Origin: Escherichia coli
GTDB taxonomy: Bacteria > Pseudomonadota > Gammaproteobacteria > Enterobacterales > Enterobacteriaceae
Direction: 5' to 3' (one strand)
NCBI RefSeq assembly: GCF_044324785.1
Contig: NZ_CP172127.1
DNA: 64,000 nucleotides
The translations under genes and the position numbers were made by a program. Each line of letters opens with the position of its first letter. Positions within the stretch are counted from its first letter, which is position 1. This document shows positions 1-10,822 of this stretch, piece by piece. A model generated the notes under the pieces. The model did no database searches, was not told the origin of the DNA, and saw only the letters and a program-made list of their open reading frames with translations.

Positions 1-148
1 TGACCGCTCACTCTAGACAATATTTATTAATAATCCAATTGTTGAACTCAGAGAATATGCATAAATCGGCAATTTTTTTATGTCGATGGGATGAGCCTGA
101 TTCGTTTGTAAAATCAGGCAAATTTTTGCAAAGGCGGATGATCAGAAT

Positions 149-1492
149 TTAAAGCAAACCACAGCGACGTTTACTGCGTTCTTCCGCTTCCTGATAAAGC
201 TGGAACTCATCCAAAACCGGGCAGCCCAACGCCTGCTCAAATGCTTCGCGACTGGCATTACCGTGACTGCGTGCCTGCGTTTCATTACCCAGATTTGACT
301 GGAAGATCCCCGCCGCGCTAACAGGCAAGAAATCTTCATAGGTAATGGGTTGCGCCACTACCCAACCACGTTCAATTAAGGGCTGTGGATCGTCTCCGGG
401 ATGAATCGCCTGACGATGCGCCTCACCTGAAGGCGTCAGACGGTACCGGAACCATGCCAACCCTTGCTGACGCATTAAAAACTCACTGTCAGGAAAAGTG
501 CGGAAGGTTTCCTGTAAATGCATTTGGTGAGTGAGATTATCCTGCCCGGTTCCAGCGTTCCGCAGTAGATCATCATACAGTTGTCGCCCTTTCGGCGTTA
601 ATGCCACGCCACGCTGCTCTATTTCACCAAAGCGCGCGGTATGCGTGCCCTGTTTCTGCCCTACAAACAACACCGTCTCTTCCAGTGCTTTAAAGCTAGT
701 CTGGCGTAGTAAAATCGGTACCTCGCGGCGCGGCGGCCCTTCGATCAGAATTTTTGGTTCAATTCCGCATTCAGGCATCATCGACTGCACCCGGTCAATA
801 TCCAGCGTGCGTGGCGTCAGGTGGTTGATATGGCATCCAGGAAAACAGACCACATCAGCAATCAGACGATGTTCGTTATGCAAGGCGCGATAGGTTACTT
901 CATCCACCGTTGCTGACTGGTGCCAGCGAAACGTTTCCAGAGCTTCCTGCACAAACTCCTGTGCCTGTGTTTCGTTAAAACCGCCCTGCTGCTCATATTC
1001 CTCTAACAGTTGTCGACAACATGGGGTGAAGATATCGCGCTGACGCAGAATCTCCGCCGCTTTCTGGCGCAAAATTTCGTTCTCGATAAGCTCAAGGCGG
1101 AGTAATGAAGTAAAAACGCGGAAGGGATTACGCGCCAGAGAAGCATCATCAATGGGCCGAAATGCTGTCGAATGTACCGGCACCCCCGCCTGCGAGAGAT
1201 CGTAATAGCTCACCGGGTACATCCCCATAATGGCAAACATCCGCCGAAGAGTAGCAAGCTCTTGTGCAGTCCCAACACGAATCGCCCCATGACGTTCAAC
1301 ATTCAGTCGCGCCAGCTCGTCTGCATTTACCATTTTTTCGTGCAGTTGAGGATTGTTTTCCAGCACAGCCAGATTCACATCAGCTACCAGTTCCAGCAGC
1401 GTACCGTACTGCGGAACTTCTTGCTGGTACATGGCTGACATTGCCTGCGAAAACTGTTCCCGAATCTCATCCGCCGTGATGCTGTTCGCCAT
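149..1492 (-). CDS. ydcJ: DUF1338 family protein YdcJ (HglS-like 2-oxoadipate dioxygenase/decarboxylase family)
   Basis: 447-aa ORF beginning MANSITADEIREQ; position next to ydcI/trg matches K-12 synteny; length as expected. Confidence 0.85.
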   Translation of the reverse strand: MANSITADEIREQFSQAMSAMYQQEVPQYGTLLELVADVNLAVLENNPQLHEKMVNADELARLNVERHGAIRVGTAQELATLRRMFAIMGMYPVSYYDLSQAGVPVHSTAFRPIDDASLARNPFRVFTSLLRLELIENEILRQKAAEILRQRDIFTPCCRQLLEEYEQQGGFNETQAQEFVQEALETFRWHQSATVDEVTYRALHNEHRLIADVVCFPGCHINHLTPRTLDIDRVQSMMPECGIEPKILIEGPPRREVPILLRQTSFKALEETVLFVGQKQGTHTARFGEIEQRGVALTPKGRQLYDDLLRNAGTGQDNLTHQMHLQETFRTFPDSEFLMRQQGLAWFRYRLTPSGEAHRQAIHPGDDPQPLIERGWVVAQPITYEDFLPVSAAGIFQSNLGNETQARSHGNASREAFEQALGCPVLDEFQLYQEAEERSKRRCGLL

Positions 1493-1708
1493 AGTGTCTG
1501 CCTCCAGTGGTCAGTAATCTGGAGTGTAGGTAACCGCATTCACTCTGGCGGGAAGAATTTACAAACTGTGATCTCGCCGCGAAAACATCAATATTATCCA
1601 TTTTGCTGTAACATAATTGCTTTAATTGTTAATAATATTTTGCAATCAAGTTATCATAATCAAACAACTTCACTTGTCAGCGACACCGCTTCGTTTTTAA
1701 CATCGCTT

Positions 1709-2632
1709 ATGGAAAAAAATAGTCTGTTTAGTCAGCGCATCCGTTTGCGCCACCTTCATACATTCGTAGCTGTCGCACAACAAGGAACTTTGGGGCGCGC
1801 GGCTGAAACCCTTAATTTGAGTCAACCTGCGCTCTCTAAGACATTGAATGAACTGGAGCAGCTGACGGGCGCTCGCTTGTTTGAGCGTGGTCGTCAGGGG
1901 GCGCAACTTACCTTACCCGGCGAACAATTTTTAACGCATGCAGTCAGAGTTCTTGACGCCATCAACACTGCCGGACAGTCGCTTCATCGTAAAGAAGGTC
2001 TTAATAATGATGTCGTCAGGGTTGGTGCACTACCTACTGCGGCACTGGGGATATTACCTTCGGTTATAGGTCAGTTTCATCAGCAACAAAAAGAGACGAC
2101 CTTGCAAGTTGCGACAATGAGTAACCCTATGATTCTTGCGGGTTTAAAAACCGGGGAAATCGATATCGGCATTGGTCGGATGTCAGATCCTGAACTGATG
2201 ACCGGACTTAATTACGAACTGCTGTTTCTTGAATCGCTGAAGCTGGTTGTCCGCCCTAATCACCCGCTACTTCAGGAGAACGTAACGCTAAGCCGGGTGC
2301 TGGAATGGCCGGTCGTTGTATCACCAGAAGGCACTGCGCCACGCCAGCATTCAGATGCATTAGTGCAGAGCCAGGGCTGTAAAATTCCTTCGGGTTGTAT
2401 CGAAACGCTGTCTGCTTCGCTATCTCGTCAACTTACGGTTGAATACGACTACGTGTGGTTTGTCCCTTCTGGCGCGGTAAAAGACGACCTGCGTCATGCC
2501 ACGCTGGTGGCCCTGCCTGTTCCGGGTCATGGTGCAGGCGAACCGATTGGAATACTGACCCGCGTAGATGCGACGTTCTCTTCTGGTTGCCAGTTGATGA
2601 TTAACGCTATTCGAAAATCAATGCCGTTCTGA
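1709..2632 (+). CDS. ydcI: LysR-family transcriptional regulator YdcI
   Basis: N-terminal HTH (LRHLHTFVAVAQQGTLGRAAETLNLSQPALSKTLNELE); start set at internal ATG (MEKNSLF) to give 307 aa, the track ORF has a 47-codon upstream extension; divergent from ydcJ. Confidence 0.85.
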   Translation: MEKNSLFSQRIRLRHLHTFVAVAQQGTLGRAAETLNLSQPALSKTLNELEQLTGARLFERGRQGAQLTLPGEQFLTHAVRVLDAINTAGQSLHRKEGLNNDVVRVGALPTAALGILPSVIGQFHQQQKETTLQVATMSNPMILAGLKTGEIDIGIGRMSDPELMTGLNYELLFLESLKLVVRPNHPLLQENVTLSRVLEWPVVVSPEGTAPRQHSDALVQSQGCKIPSGCIETLSASLSRQLTVEYDYVWFVPSGAVKDDLRHATLVALPVPGHGAGEPIGILTRVDATFSSGCQLMINAIRKSMPF

Positions 2633-2669
2633 AAGGTGAAGGGATCTGTCGATCCCTCCTTTAACATTT

Positions 2670-4310
2670 TCACACCGTAGCGAAACTAACTGGTTCACCA
2701 GCTCCGCGAGGTTCTGCCGACACAGAATGTTTGTTCAGACGGAATACGTCCACCGCCTCAGTTAATCGTGCCGCCTGTTCTTCAAGGGACACCGCCGCCG
2801 CTGAGGCCTCTTCTACCAGAGAAGCATTCTGTTGCGTCACCTTATCCATTTCAGAAATCGCCTGGCTAACCTGTGTTATGCCTCTGCTTTGTTCATCCGA
2901 GGCGGCGGCGATTTCCTGCATGATATGTGTGACACTCGCGACGGCATCAACAATAGTGCTCATGGTTTTCCCTGCCGTTGCCACCTCATCCGACCCCAGG
3001 TCAATTAACCTGACTGATTCACTGATCAAGCCTTCAATCTCTTTCGACGCCTGAGCGCTGCGGCTTGCGAGTGTCCGTACTTCGCTGGCGACAACGGCAA
3101 ATCCACGCCCTTGCTCACCCGCTCGCGCGGCTTCAACGGCAGCATTCAGTGCCAGAATATTCGTCTGGAAAGCAATACTGTTGATGACGGCGGTGATCTC
3201 AGAAATTTTCTTCGAACTCGTGGAGATAGCGCCCATCGTTTTTACTACACCGGAAACCGTCTGCCCGCCATCGCTGGCTTTAATAGAAGCCTCCTGCGCC
3301 AGTTTGCTGGCATAATGCGCGTTATCCGCATTCTGTTTCACCGTCGCAGTGAGTTGCTCCATGCTGGCGGCAGTTTGTTCAATTGCCGCCGCTTGTTCTT
3401 CAGTGCGAGATGAAAGGTCCGCATTGCCAGCGGAAATTTCGCTGGTGCCACGATAAATCTCTTCCGCGCCCTGTCGAACGGTCCCTACTGTCATCCCCAG
3501 TGAATGCTGCATTTGCTGTAAATGACGACTTAAGCGACCGATTTCATTACGACCCGCCGGTTCATCATTCATCGTCAGATCGCCACTGGCGATTTTTTCA
3601 ATTCGTTGTGCGGCATGTTGCAGTGGACGAATGACAATCCGACGTAGCACTATAAATGTTATCAGCGTCATGACCAGGGCAAGCACAAACGCGCCAATCA
3701 TGAACATCCCACCCAGGCGGGTGCGCTGATGGGCCAGTTCCGCCAGTTGGTTGGCTCTGGTGCTACGTATCTTAACGGCTTTGCTCAAAATATCGGTATA
3801 AGCATTATCCAGCGGTCGGATCTGCTCACTTTCATGATTGATAATCGCTTCAAACATGCCATTTTTGGCATATTTCAACATCGGTTGCATACCCGTGATA
3901 TAAGCCTGGAAGCGTTGATTTAATTCAGTGTCGAGGGCTTCATCAGCAGGTGTTTTCACCGGCCGATTCTGATAAGCACGATACCCTTGCTGCGACTGTT
4001 TAATCTCCGATTCGGCTTGCGCAATATTTCGCTTCATTGCTTCCATTTCCGCAATACGACTCGCTGCCCCGGCCTGAATCATATTGATCCGGGCTGAACG
4101 CAAAAAATCTGAACTGTTCGCTAACCCGGTCCGAATCTCAATCTCCGCAGTAACATCCCGCTGATCGCGATCGGCCTGCCAAAGGAAATAGCCGGCCAGG
4201 GCTGAACTTAATGCGAATAGAACTAAGATACCGCCAAGAATGCAGGCAAATAACGGAACCAGCCTGATGTGATGCAAAAAACCTAATCGCTGTGAGGGAG
4301 TTGTAATCAT
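2670..4310 (-). CDS. trg: methyl-accepting chemotaxis protein III (ribose/galactose sensor)
   Basis: 546-aa ORF with two TM segments, HAMP and conserved MCP signalling domain ([32 protein letters not shown]); synteny. Confidence 0.9.
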   Translation of the reverse strand: MITTPSQRLGFLHHIRLVPLFACILGGILVLFALSSALAGYFLWQADRDQRDVTAEIEIRTGLANSSDFLRSARINMIQAGAASRIAEMEAMKRNIAQAESEIKQSQQGYRAYQNRPVKTPADEALDTELNQRFQAYITGMQPMLKYAKNGMFEAIINHESEQIRPLDNAYTDILSKAVKIRSTRANQLAELAHQRTRLGGMFMIGAFVLALVMTLITFIVLRRIVIRPLQHAAQRIEKIASGDLTMNDEPAGRNEIGRLSRHLQQMQHSLGMTVGTVRQGAEEIYRGTSEISAGNADLSSRTEEQAAAIEQTAASMEQLTATVKQNADNAHYASKLAQEASIKASDGGQTVSGVVKTMGAISTSSKKISEITAVINSIAFQTNILALNAAVEAARAGEQGRGFAVVASEVRTLASRSAQASKEIEGLISESVRLIDLGSDEVATAGKTMSTIVDAVASVTHIMQEIAAASDEQSRGITQVSQAISEMDKVTQQNASLVEEASAAAVSLEEQAARLTEAVDVFRLNKHSVSAEPRGAGEPVSFATV

Positions 4311-4589
4311 TACCGTTGTCTCTCGTCCAGGTTTACTCCTGATAGAAAGTCATCGGCACTTGACGGTAATTACTTATGACCAAAAACCTCTTTGCGTCAC
4401 ATTTTTACAACAATTATGGCAGAGAAGAATAATGCCATTGGAATGAAGAGAGTAACGAATGGCTAAACCGAATGACGAAAAATTCTGGAAAACAGCACGC
4501 AATTTCGTCAAGTGATTATTTTCGTCCCTAAGGAAACCTCATAGGATGCCTGCGGGTGCCTGAGACTTTCTGTTTTCAGGCTAACCGGG

Positions 4590-4655
4590 AATCAGAAAGA
4601 CGAAGGCCCCGACCGATATTTCTATCAACCGAGGCCAACGAATGAACCAAGCAAT
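4590..4655 (-). ncRNA. sokB: Sok-type antisense RNA of the hokB locus (approximate boundaries)
   Basis: Minus-strand promoter-like TTGCCG-17nt-TAACAT overlapping the mokB start; hok/sok loci carry a short antisense RNA here; ends not determinable by eye. Confidence 0.35.
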
Positions 4656-4659
4656 TCAG

Positions 4660-4849
<190 letters not shown>

Positions 4850-4920
4850 GGGCAAGCGCGGGGATTTTCCCCGCGCATCTGACTAGCAGATTCATTTTCT
4901 CATGGCACCCCTTTTACACT

Positions 4921-5094
4921 TCAGTTAGTGCATGTTTTTTTCGATGCACTAATAGAACCATCATTACAGACAAATTTGCCGCCTGCCGTACAGTGTGAGA
5001 TCCCCCCTTTCGAACCAGAACAGGGTTTGCGCCCGGCATCGGCATAAAAGGAAGCAAGCGCTCCCATAACCAAGATAAGTGCCAGTTTTTTCAT
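4921..5094 (-). CDS. ydcA: small secreted Cys-rich protein YdcA
   Basis: 57-aa product MKKLALILVMGALASFYADAGRKPCSGSKGGISHCTAGGKFVCNDGSISASKKTCTN with signal peptide; GGAGG 4 nt upstream of ATG; below the 60-aa cutoff of the ORF track. Confidence 0.85.
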   Translation of the reverse strand: MKKLALILVMGALASFYADAGRKPCSGSKGGISHCTAGGKFVCNDGSISASKKTCTN

Positions 5095-5264
5095 ATAACC
5101 TCCATGGTTTATCGAATCTTATGTTCGATTTGAACGTTATACGCTGGTTTATTTTGATACCGTTGATGAGATCAAAGATCGGGTGAATTGATTAAAAATA
5201 AGCCAGATGGACGTATGGGCAAGGATTATGGTTTTATTTGTCATACAAATAAATATAATAGGCG

Positions 5265-5328
5265 CTTCCGATGTAGACCCGTATTCTTCGCCTGTACCAC
5301 GGGTCGGTTTTAGTACAGGCGTTTTCTT
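5265..5328 (+). ncRNA. rydC: Hfq-dependent small RNA RydC
   Basis: Sequence CTTCCGATGTAGACCCGTATTCTTCGCCTGTACCACGGGTCGGTTTTAGTACAGGCGTTTTCTT matches RydC as I recall it; TATAAT -10 at 5254-5259; terminal hairpin plus U-tract; ydcA/cybB spacer as in K-12. Confidence 0.8.
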
Positions 5329-5338
5329 TAAATATCCT

Positions 5339-5869
5339 TCAGGAACGTTTACGCGGCATCATGCGTAGAAGTGTGTTGTCCTTCCAGAAATAGTGGTGTG
5401 CCAGTGCAGCCGCAGCGTGCAACCCGATGACAAAGTATCCCAGATTCGCCAGCGTTTCATGCCACGACTTTAAGCTATCAACCCGTTCGAAATTGGCCTC
5501 TGATGCATAAGGCATCGTCATACCAAACGCAAACCACGGGTTACCCCGGTTATACATCATCACCAAACCAATCACTGGCAGCGCAATAAACAGGAGATAG
5601 ATCACCAAATGTCCCAAATGCGCCAGTCCCGTCATCATCGGTTTTGGCTTAGGTATAATCGGCGGGGTTGGGTATTTCAGCCTTAACAAAAGACGAACCA
5701 CCATCAGCACGAGAATTGTGATGCCACAGGAAACATGAATCATGTTGATGAGCGGCCGATCGCTACGTGGGAAGAAACCACGAAACTCCATTGCGCAATA
5801 CGCTGCGATAACCAGCAAAAAGACCAGCCAGTGAATGCTGATTTGTAACCTTGAGTATTTATTTTCCAT
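5339..5869 (-). CDS. cybB: cytochrome b561
   Basis: 176-aa product from MENKYSRLQISIHWLVF (track ORF has 12 extra N-terminal codons); multi-TM with conserved His; synteny. Confidence 0.9.
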   Translation of the reverse strand: MENKYSRLQISIHWLVFLLVIAAYCAMEFRGFFPRSDRPLINMIHVSCGITILVLMVVRLLLRLKYPTPPIIPKPKPMMTGLAHLGHLVIYLLFIALPVIGLVMMYNRGNPWFAFGMTMPYASEANFERVDSLKSWHETLANLGYFVIGLHAAAALAHHYFWKDNTLLRMMPRKRS

Positions 5870-6057
5870 AACATTTCCTGCTTTAAAACAATTTGCCGTT
5901 AACATAACGAGCTTTTCTTAAAATTTCATTAAATATTGTTCACCCGTTTTCAGTACGTTACGTTTCACGGCAAGAATGTAGATTGCCCATCCCGCCATCC
6001 TGGTCTAAGCCTGGAAAGGATCAATTTTCATCCGAACGTTCCTGACAGGAGAAGACC

Positions 6058-7059
6058 ATGAGTAAAGTTGGTATTAACGGTTTTGGTCGTATCGGTCGAC
6101 TGGTGTTGCGTCGATTACTTGAAGTCAAAAGCAACATAGACATTGTTGCTATTAATGATCTCACTTCCCCAAAAATTCTCGCCTACCTGTTGAAACATGA
6201 TTCAAACTACGGACCGTTCCCCTGGAGCGTTGATTTTACGGAAGATTCACTTATCGTTGATGGAAAAAGCATCGCGGTTTACGCCGAAAAAGAGGCTAAA
6301 AATATTCCATGGAAAGCGAAAGGCGCAGAAATCATTGTCGAATGTACTGGCTTTTATACCTCCGCCGAGAAATCGCAGGCGCACCTTGATGCTGGTGCGA
6401 AGAAGGTGTTGATTTCCGCCCCTGCCGGTGAAATGAAAACCATCGTTTATAACGTCAATGACGACACACTGGATGGCAACGACACCATTGTTTCCGTGGC
6501 GTCATGCACCACTAACTGCCTTGCGCCGATGGCCAAAGCCTTGCACGACAGTTTCGGAATAGAAGTCGGCACGATGACGACCATTCATGCCTATACCGGC
6601 ACTCAGTCACTGGTGGATGGTCCGCGAGGTAAAGATCTACGCGCTTCACGTGCAGCGGCAGAAAATATCATTCCCCACACTACAGGTGCGGCAAAAGCCA
6701 TTGGTCTGGTGATCCCGGAACTGAGCGGCAAACTGAAAGGTCATGCGCAACGCGTGCCGGTGAAAACAGGTTCGGTCACTGAGCTGGTATCGATTCTCGG
6801 AAAAAAAGTGACTGCCGAAGAGGTGAATAACGCACTTAAACAAGCAACCACCAATAACGAGTCATTTGGTTATACCGATGAAGAAATAGTCTCTTCCGAT
6901 ATCATTGGCAGCCATTTCGGTTCGGTGTTTGATGCCACGCAAACGGAAATTACCGCCGTGGGCGATTTACAACTGGTGAAAACGGTCGCCTGGTACGATA
7001 ACGAATATGGCTTCGTCACGCAGCTTATTCGCACCCTCGAAAAATTCGCTAAACTCTGA
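6058..7059 (+). CDS. gapC: glyceraldehyde-3-phosphate dehydrogenase paralog (intact)
   Basis: 333-aa uninterrupted ORF with NAD-binding [10 protein letters not shown] and catalytic [10 protein letters not shown] motifs; between cybB and aldA. Confidence 0.85.
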   Translation: MSKVGINGFGRIGRLVLRRLLEVKSNIDIVAINDLTSPKILAYLLKHDSNYGPFPWSVDFTEDSLIVDGKSIAVYAEKEAKNIPWKAKGAEIIVECTGFYTSAEKSQAHLDAGAKKVLISAPAGEMKTIVYNVNDDTLDGNDTIVSVASCTTNCLAPMAKALHDSFGIEVGTMTTIHAYTGTQSLVDGPRGKDLRASRAAAENIIPHTTGAAKAIGLVIPELSGKLKGHAQRVPVKTGSVTELVSILGKKVTAEEVNNALKQATTNNESFGYTDEEIVSSDIIGSHFGSVFDATQTEITAVGDLQLVKTVAWYDNEYGFVTQLIRTLEKFAKL

Positions 7060-7066
7060 CGCGCAC

Positions 7067-7095
7067 AGGCGGAGGAAAAAACCTCCGCCTCTTTC
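7067..7095. terminator. hairpin between convergent gapC and aldA
   Basis: AGGCGGAGG-AAAAAA-CCTCCGCCT stem-loop followed by CTTTC; sits between two convergent stop codons. Confidence 0.5.
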
Positions 7096-7100
7096 ACTCA

Positions 7101-8540
7101 TTAAGACTGTAAATAAACCACCTGGGTCTGCAGATATTCATGCAGGCCATGTTTACCATCTGCGCCGCCAATACCAGATTTACGCCATCCGGCGTGGAAG
7201 CCTTGCATAGCTTCGAAGTTTTCACGGTTGATGTAAGTTTCACCAAACTTCAGCCCTTTAATGGCTTTCATCGCGACGTTCAGATTTTGGGTATAGATTG
7301 ATGAGGTCAGGCCGTAATCACTGTCATTAGCCATTGCGATAGCGTCTTCCAGCGTGTCAAATGCGACCACTGGCAGCACCGGGCCAAAGGTTTCCTCGTG
7401 CATAATCGACATTTCCTGGCGAACATCCAGTAGCAATGTCGGCGGATAATAATATCCTTTCCCCTCTACCGCTTTGCCACCCAACGCCACTCTCGCCCCT
7501 TCTTCTACTGCGCGCGCCACTTTTTGCTCGACCCTTTCCAGCGCCGCGGCGTTAATCAACGGCCCCATCGCAATGTCGTTGCGTTCAGCGGGGTTACCAA
7601 ATTGAACCGCCTGCATCGCTTCACCCAGCCGATTGACGAACTGATCATAAATGCCTTTCTGTACATAAACACGTTCTGCACAGTTACACACTTGCCCACT
7701 ATTAATGACGCGTGAATCAACGATGGCTTTGACTGCCAGTTCAAGATCGGCATCGTCCATTACGATAGCTGGTGCTTTACCACCCAATTCCAGACACACT
7801 TTGGTGATGTTTTTCGCCGCAGTCGCCATGATCTTTTCACCTGCAGAGACGCTGCCTGTCATACTGACCATTGCGACCTTTGGGTTACCCGCCAGTTCTT
7901 GCCCAACGGTTTCACCACGCCCCAGAACAAGGTTAAACACGCCGCGCGGAAGGCCTATTTCATCGACGATTTTGGCGAATGCAATCGCATTGTTTGGCGT
8001 AAATTCACTGGGTTTAATGACAATGGTATTACCAGTCAAAAGAGCGGGAGCCATTTTGCGGGCAATGAGGAAGAACGGGAAGTTCCACGGCAGAATGCCG
8101 GTAGTCACACCAAGCGCACGTTTAAACAGAAGAATATTTTCTCCTGGACGATCGCTTTGAATAATCTCGCCCTCGTAACGCCGTGCCCACTCCGCCATGT
8201 AATCGATATAGTCCGCAGTAAAAGCCACTTCGACTTCAGCCAGCTGCTGGATCTTGCCCCCTTCTTCAACAATCAGCGCACTGATTTCACTGGCGCGTTC
8301 GCGGATCCCGGCGGAGATTTTGCGCAACCAACTGGCGCGTTCAATGGCAGGCAACGCTTCCCATTCTGGTTGTGCACGTTCTGCTGCATCGATTGCCTTA
8401 CGGGCATCCTCGGCCTGACCATCGGGAATGCGGGAAATGACAGCCTCAGTAGCAGGGTTTACCACATCAATCCATGCGTCTCCACGCCAGGTAACAAACT
8501 GTCCATCGATATACATAGGATGTTGAACGGGTACTGACAT
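7101..8540 (-). CDS. aldA: lactaldehyde dehydrogenase
   Basis: 479-aa aldehyde dehydrogenase family ORF (catalytic Cys in GQVCNCAERVYV context, ELGGKAP motif); synteny. Confidence 0.9.
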   Translation of the reverse strand: MSVPVQHPMYIDGQFVTWRGDAWIDVVNPATEAVISRIPDGQAEDARKAIDAAERAQPEWEALPAIERASWLRKISAGIRERASEISALIVEEGGKIQQLAEVEVAFTADYIDYMAEWARRYEGEIIQSDRPGENILLFKRALGVTTGILPWNFPFFLIARKMAPALLTGNTIVIKPSEFTPNNAIAFAKIVDEIGLPRGVFNLVLGRGETVGQELAGNPKVAMVSMTGSVSAGEKIMATAAKNITKVCLELGGKAPAIVMDDADLELAVKAIVDSRVINSGQVCNCAERVYVQKGIYDQFVNRLGEAMQAVQFGNPAERNDIAMGPLINAAALERVEQKVARAVEEGARVALGGKAVEGKGYYYPPTLLLDVRQEMSIMHEETFGPVLPVVAFDTLEDAIAMANDSDYGLTSSIYTQNLNVAMKAIKGLKFGETYINRENFEAMQGFHAGWRKSGIGGADGKHGLHEYLQTQVVYLQS

Positions 8541-8736
8541 TGGCGACTCCTGTGATTTATATGTTTGTTTTTGGTAAATGCATTGTTAATTAACATCAAT
8601 CATCATAGAGACGGCATCGTGAAAGGACAATTCTGTGAAGGGCTTCATAAAAACAAGTGTAAAAGGAATAAAAGGCAGAAATAAACGTCAGGAGTCATGC
8701 CCGTTTGCAAACAAATGGTTAACAAACGGGCAATTT

Positions 8737-9537
8737 TTAACGTAACGAGCGACTTTCCATCGCCTCGATGAGCACCGCATCGTGTTTCAGCGTTTGCCAT
8801 GCCTGGATGACTTCTGCCGGAAAATCAACGTGAACGATAAAATCTCGCCCGCGTGGACCGTAGCCATCGCTATCATCGCGTAAACGTGGCAGCTCGCCAG
8901 TGAGTAGTGAGAGATAACGCTCAACCGGCCATAATCCTTGCAACGGATTAACAAAGATTACACTGTCTGCGTTGTTTCCTAGCTGAGGAACGAATCCGGG
9001 ATAACTTAACCAGCGAGGTGCATCGGGATTGTCCCCAGTCATACGGCGGAACGTCGCCATCGTGCGCCGCTGCATGGTGGGGTCCTGAACAACGATAGCC
9101 GTATGAACTCGTTCTACGGCCTGATTCAATAGCGCGATGCTAAAGCGTGCGTTTTCACCGCAGTTTGTTGACTGGTCTTCAATCCAGATTTTTTCATGCG
9201 GAATGTGCCAGAACTGATGAGCGATATCCGCCAGGATGGTCGCTTCTGCTCTGCCAGTGGTGCGAATAGTGTTGTAGTGCGGATGCTGTGCGATGGCACT
9301 ATACAAAAAAGTTGTCGAGTGACCGATACCACCACTAATCAGTAGAGGAATTTGCTGATCGCGGGCAATCTTGCATGCCGCATCGATAGTTGGCATAACC
9401 GCATTGCCTGCAAGGATCACGCAATCGGCCTGATACGGCATCTCACCGGAGAAATCATCCTGCGCCAGCCACTGACCGATAACATTTATGGCATCTATGG
9501 TTGCCGGCGAAAGCGTCGGAAACGGGGTAATGTTCAT
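8737..9537 (-). CDS. ydcF: DUF218-domain protein YdcF
   Basis: 266-aa ORF; position between aldA and hrpA; length matches. Confidence 0.8.
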   Translation of the reverse strand: MNITPFPTLSPATIDAINVIGQWLAQDDFSGEMPYQADCVILAGNAVMPTIDAACKIARDQQIPLLISGGIGHSTTFLYSAIAQHPHYNTIRTTGRAEATILADIAHQFWHIPHEKIWIEDQSTNCGENARFSIALLNQAVERVHTAIVVQDPTMQRRTMATFRRMTGDNPDAPRWLSYPGFVPQLGNNADSVIFVNPLQGLWPVERYLSLLTGELPRLRDDSDGYGPRGRDFIVHVDFPAEVIQAWQTLKHDAVLIEAMESRSLR

Positions 9538-9926
9538 GGTTCCTCCTTATCGTTTCCTTAAGAATACTGCGTGAGATAATAATGAGAAGCGGAGCACTCT
9601 GAAAGGAAGATGATGCTTTTTCTATCGCGCCATCGCGAACCAGACACTGGTTTTAGTCATACTGTATTTGCGGAGAAACTGTTGATAAAACATCTATAAC
9701 ATAATGTTCTATCATTTTTAAGTGACAGATAAGTTGGTGTGATATTTATGAAATATTCATTCTTATATTTCTCAATCAATGAGAACATTTGCAACACGCT
9801 CATTAATGGGAAATCCTTAAATTTAAATTGAATAATATCTGGCCTGAGCTATAAACTACTATCCGTCTAAGGAGACAAATTGTCCTTTTTATTCATCAAC
9901 ATAATACTATATGTCGAGAAACATAC

Positions 9927-10421
9927 ATGAAAAAAATGTTTCAACTTTTAGAAACCGCCTGGCCTGCCGTAAAAACAACAGGACTTACAGGTTGCGTAAC
10001 CGCTCCGGAAACTGAAGATAACCTTCTTTTATTAGAGGATAAATACGCAACACATATTCCAAAAGACTATCGGCAGTTATTGTCTCATTTTGGCGCATGT
10101 CATTTTGCCGATCCTCAAATTTATACTTTGAAGGATCTGGACAGATATTACCCTCTATTTTTGCAACAATGGGAAGATTATAAAAAAGAATATCCATTAT
10201 TGAACAACATTGATCCTTTTCCTGTTGGCAGTTTTGGCGATGGGAGTGTAGCTTTTCTTGACCGCAACAGCCTAAAAATTTATATTCTCATTCATGATTT
10301 TGGTATATTTTCCGATGATGTCGGTGATTTCCCTTGTGAGTTATGCTTTGAAAATTTTGGTGAGTTAGTGGAAATGCAAGTTGAAATGATTCTTTATTTA
10401 CAGCAATGTGGAGTCTCATGA
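9927..10421 (+). CDS. hypothetical protein, candidate SMI1/KNR4 (SUKH-1)-like immunity protein
   Basis: 164-aa ORF in visibly AT-rich DNA; motifs IPKDYRQLL...FG and PFPVGSFGDGSVAFLD resemble SUKH/SMI1 family signatures; weak SD, start uncertain (ATG at 9927 or 9936). Confidence 0.45.
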   Translation: MKKMFQLLETAWPAVKTTGLTGCVTAPETEDNLLLLEDKYATHIPKDYRQLLSHFGACHFADPQIYTLKDLDRYYPLFLQQWEDYKKEYPLLNNIDPFPVGSFGDGSVAFLDRNSLKIYILIHDFGIFSDDVGDFPCELCFENFGELVEMQVEMILYLQQCGVS

Positions 10422-10717
10422 AAAATAAAATCATCACTCCTGTCCTTACTGAAAACAAAGTGAATTTGATAGCAGAAAAATATTGTAAAAAGTATAATCT
10501 TAATGGCTCGCTGGCATACAAAATCACTGCTATTAAATTTCTTCCTGATGGTATGAAATCATACGACCTTGATATTCCATTATGGATGGTAGTCAGAGAT
10601 GTTAAAGGTTGGGATGATATGGAAATTACGATTTTTATTTCTGACAAAAACAGTGAAGTTCTTTGTTGCAGTAATATTTGGTATCCAGTATATCGTCCTC
10701 ATCAAGCAGATTTGTAA
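10406..10717 (+). CDS. hypothetical protein (no recognisable family)
   Basis: 103-aa ORF overlapping the preceding ORF by 16 nt, GGAG 4 nt upstream of ATG (translational coupling); AT-rich. Confidence 0.4.
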   Translation: MWSLMKNKIITPVLTENKVNLIAEKYCKKYNLNGSLAYKITAIKFLPDGMKSYDLDIPLWMVVRDVKGWDDMEITIFISDKNSEVLCCSNIWYPVYRPHQADL

Positions 10718-10763
10718 TAAGCACGTAAGGAGTATCTCCCTTGCTATTTTTCAGAATTCATAA

Positions 10764-10798
10764 AGAAAAAACCCGGCGCTAAATGCTTACCGGGTTTT
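10764..10798. terminator. rho-independent terminator downstream of hrpA (bidirectional)
   Basis: A-tract, CCCGG...CCGGG stem, T-tract; 25 nt past the hrpA stop. Confidence 0.6.
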
Positions 10799-10822
10799 AG
10801 ATTTATCAGTCAAATAGCAGGG

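Noticed and set aside
1568-1708. 47-codon N-terminal extension of ydcI in the ORF track
   Set aside because: The HTH begins shortly after the internal ATG at 1709; the extension is AT-rich promoter DNA shared with divergent ydcJ
7705-8537. 151-aa and 212-aa plus-strand ORFs
   Set aside because: Antisense to aldA, which has clear aldehyde dehydrogenase motifs on the minus strand
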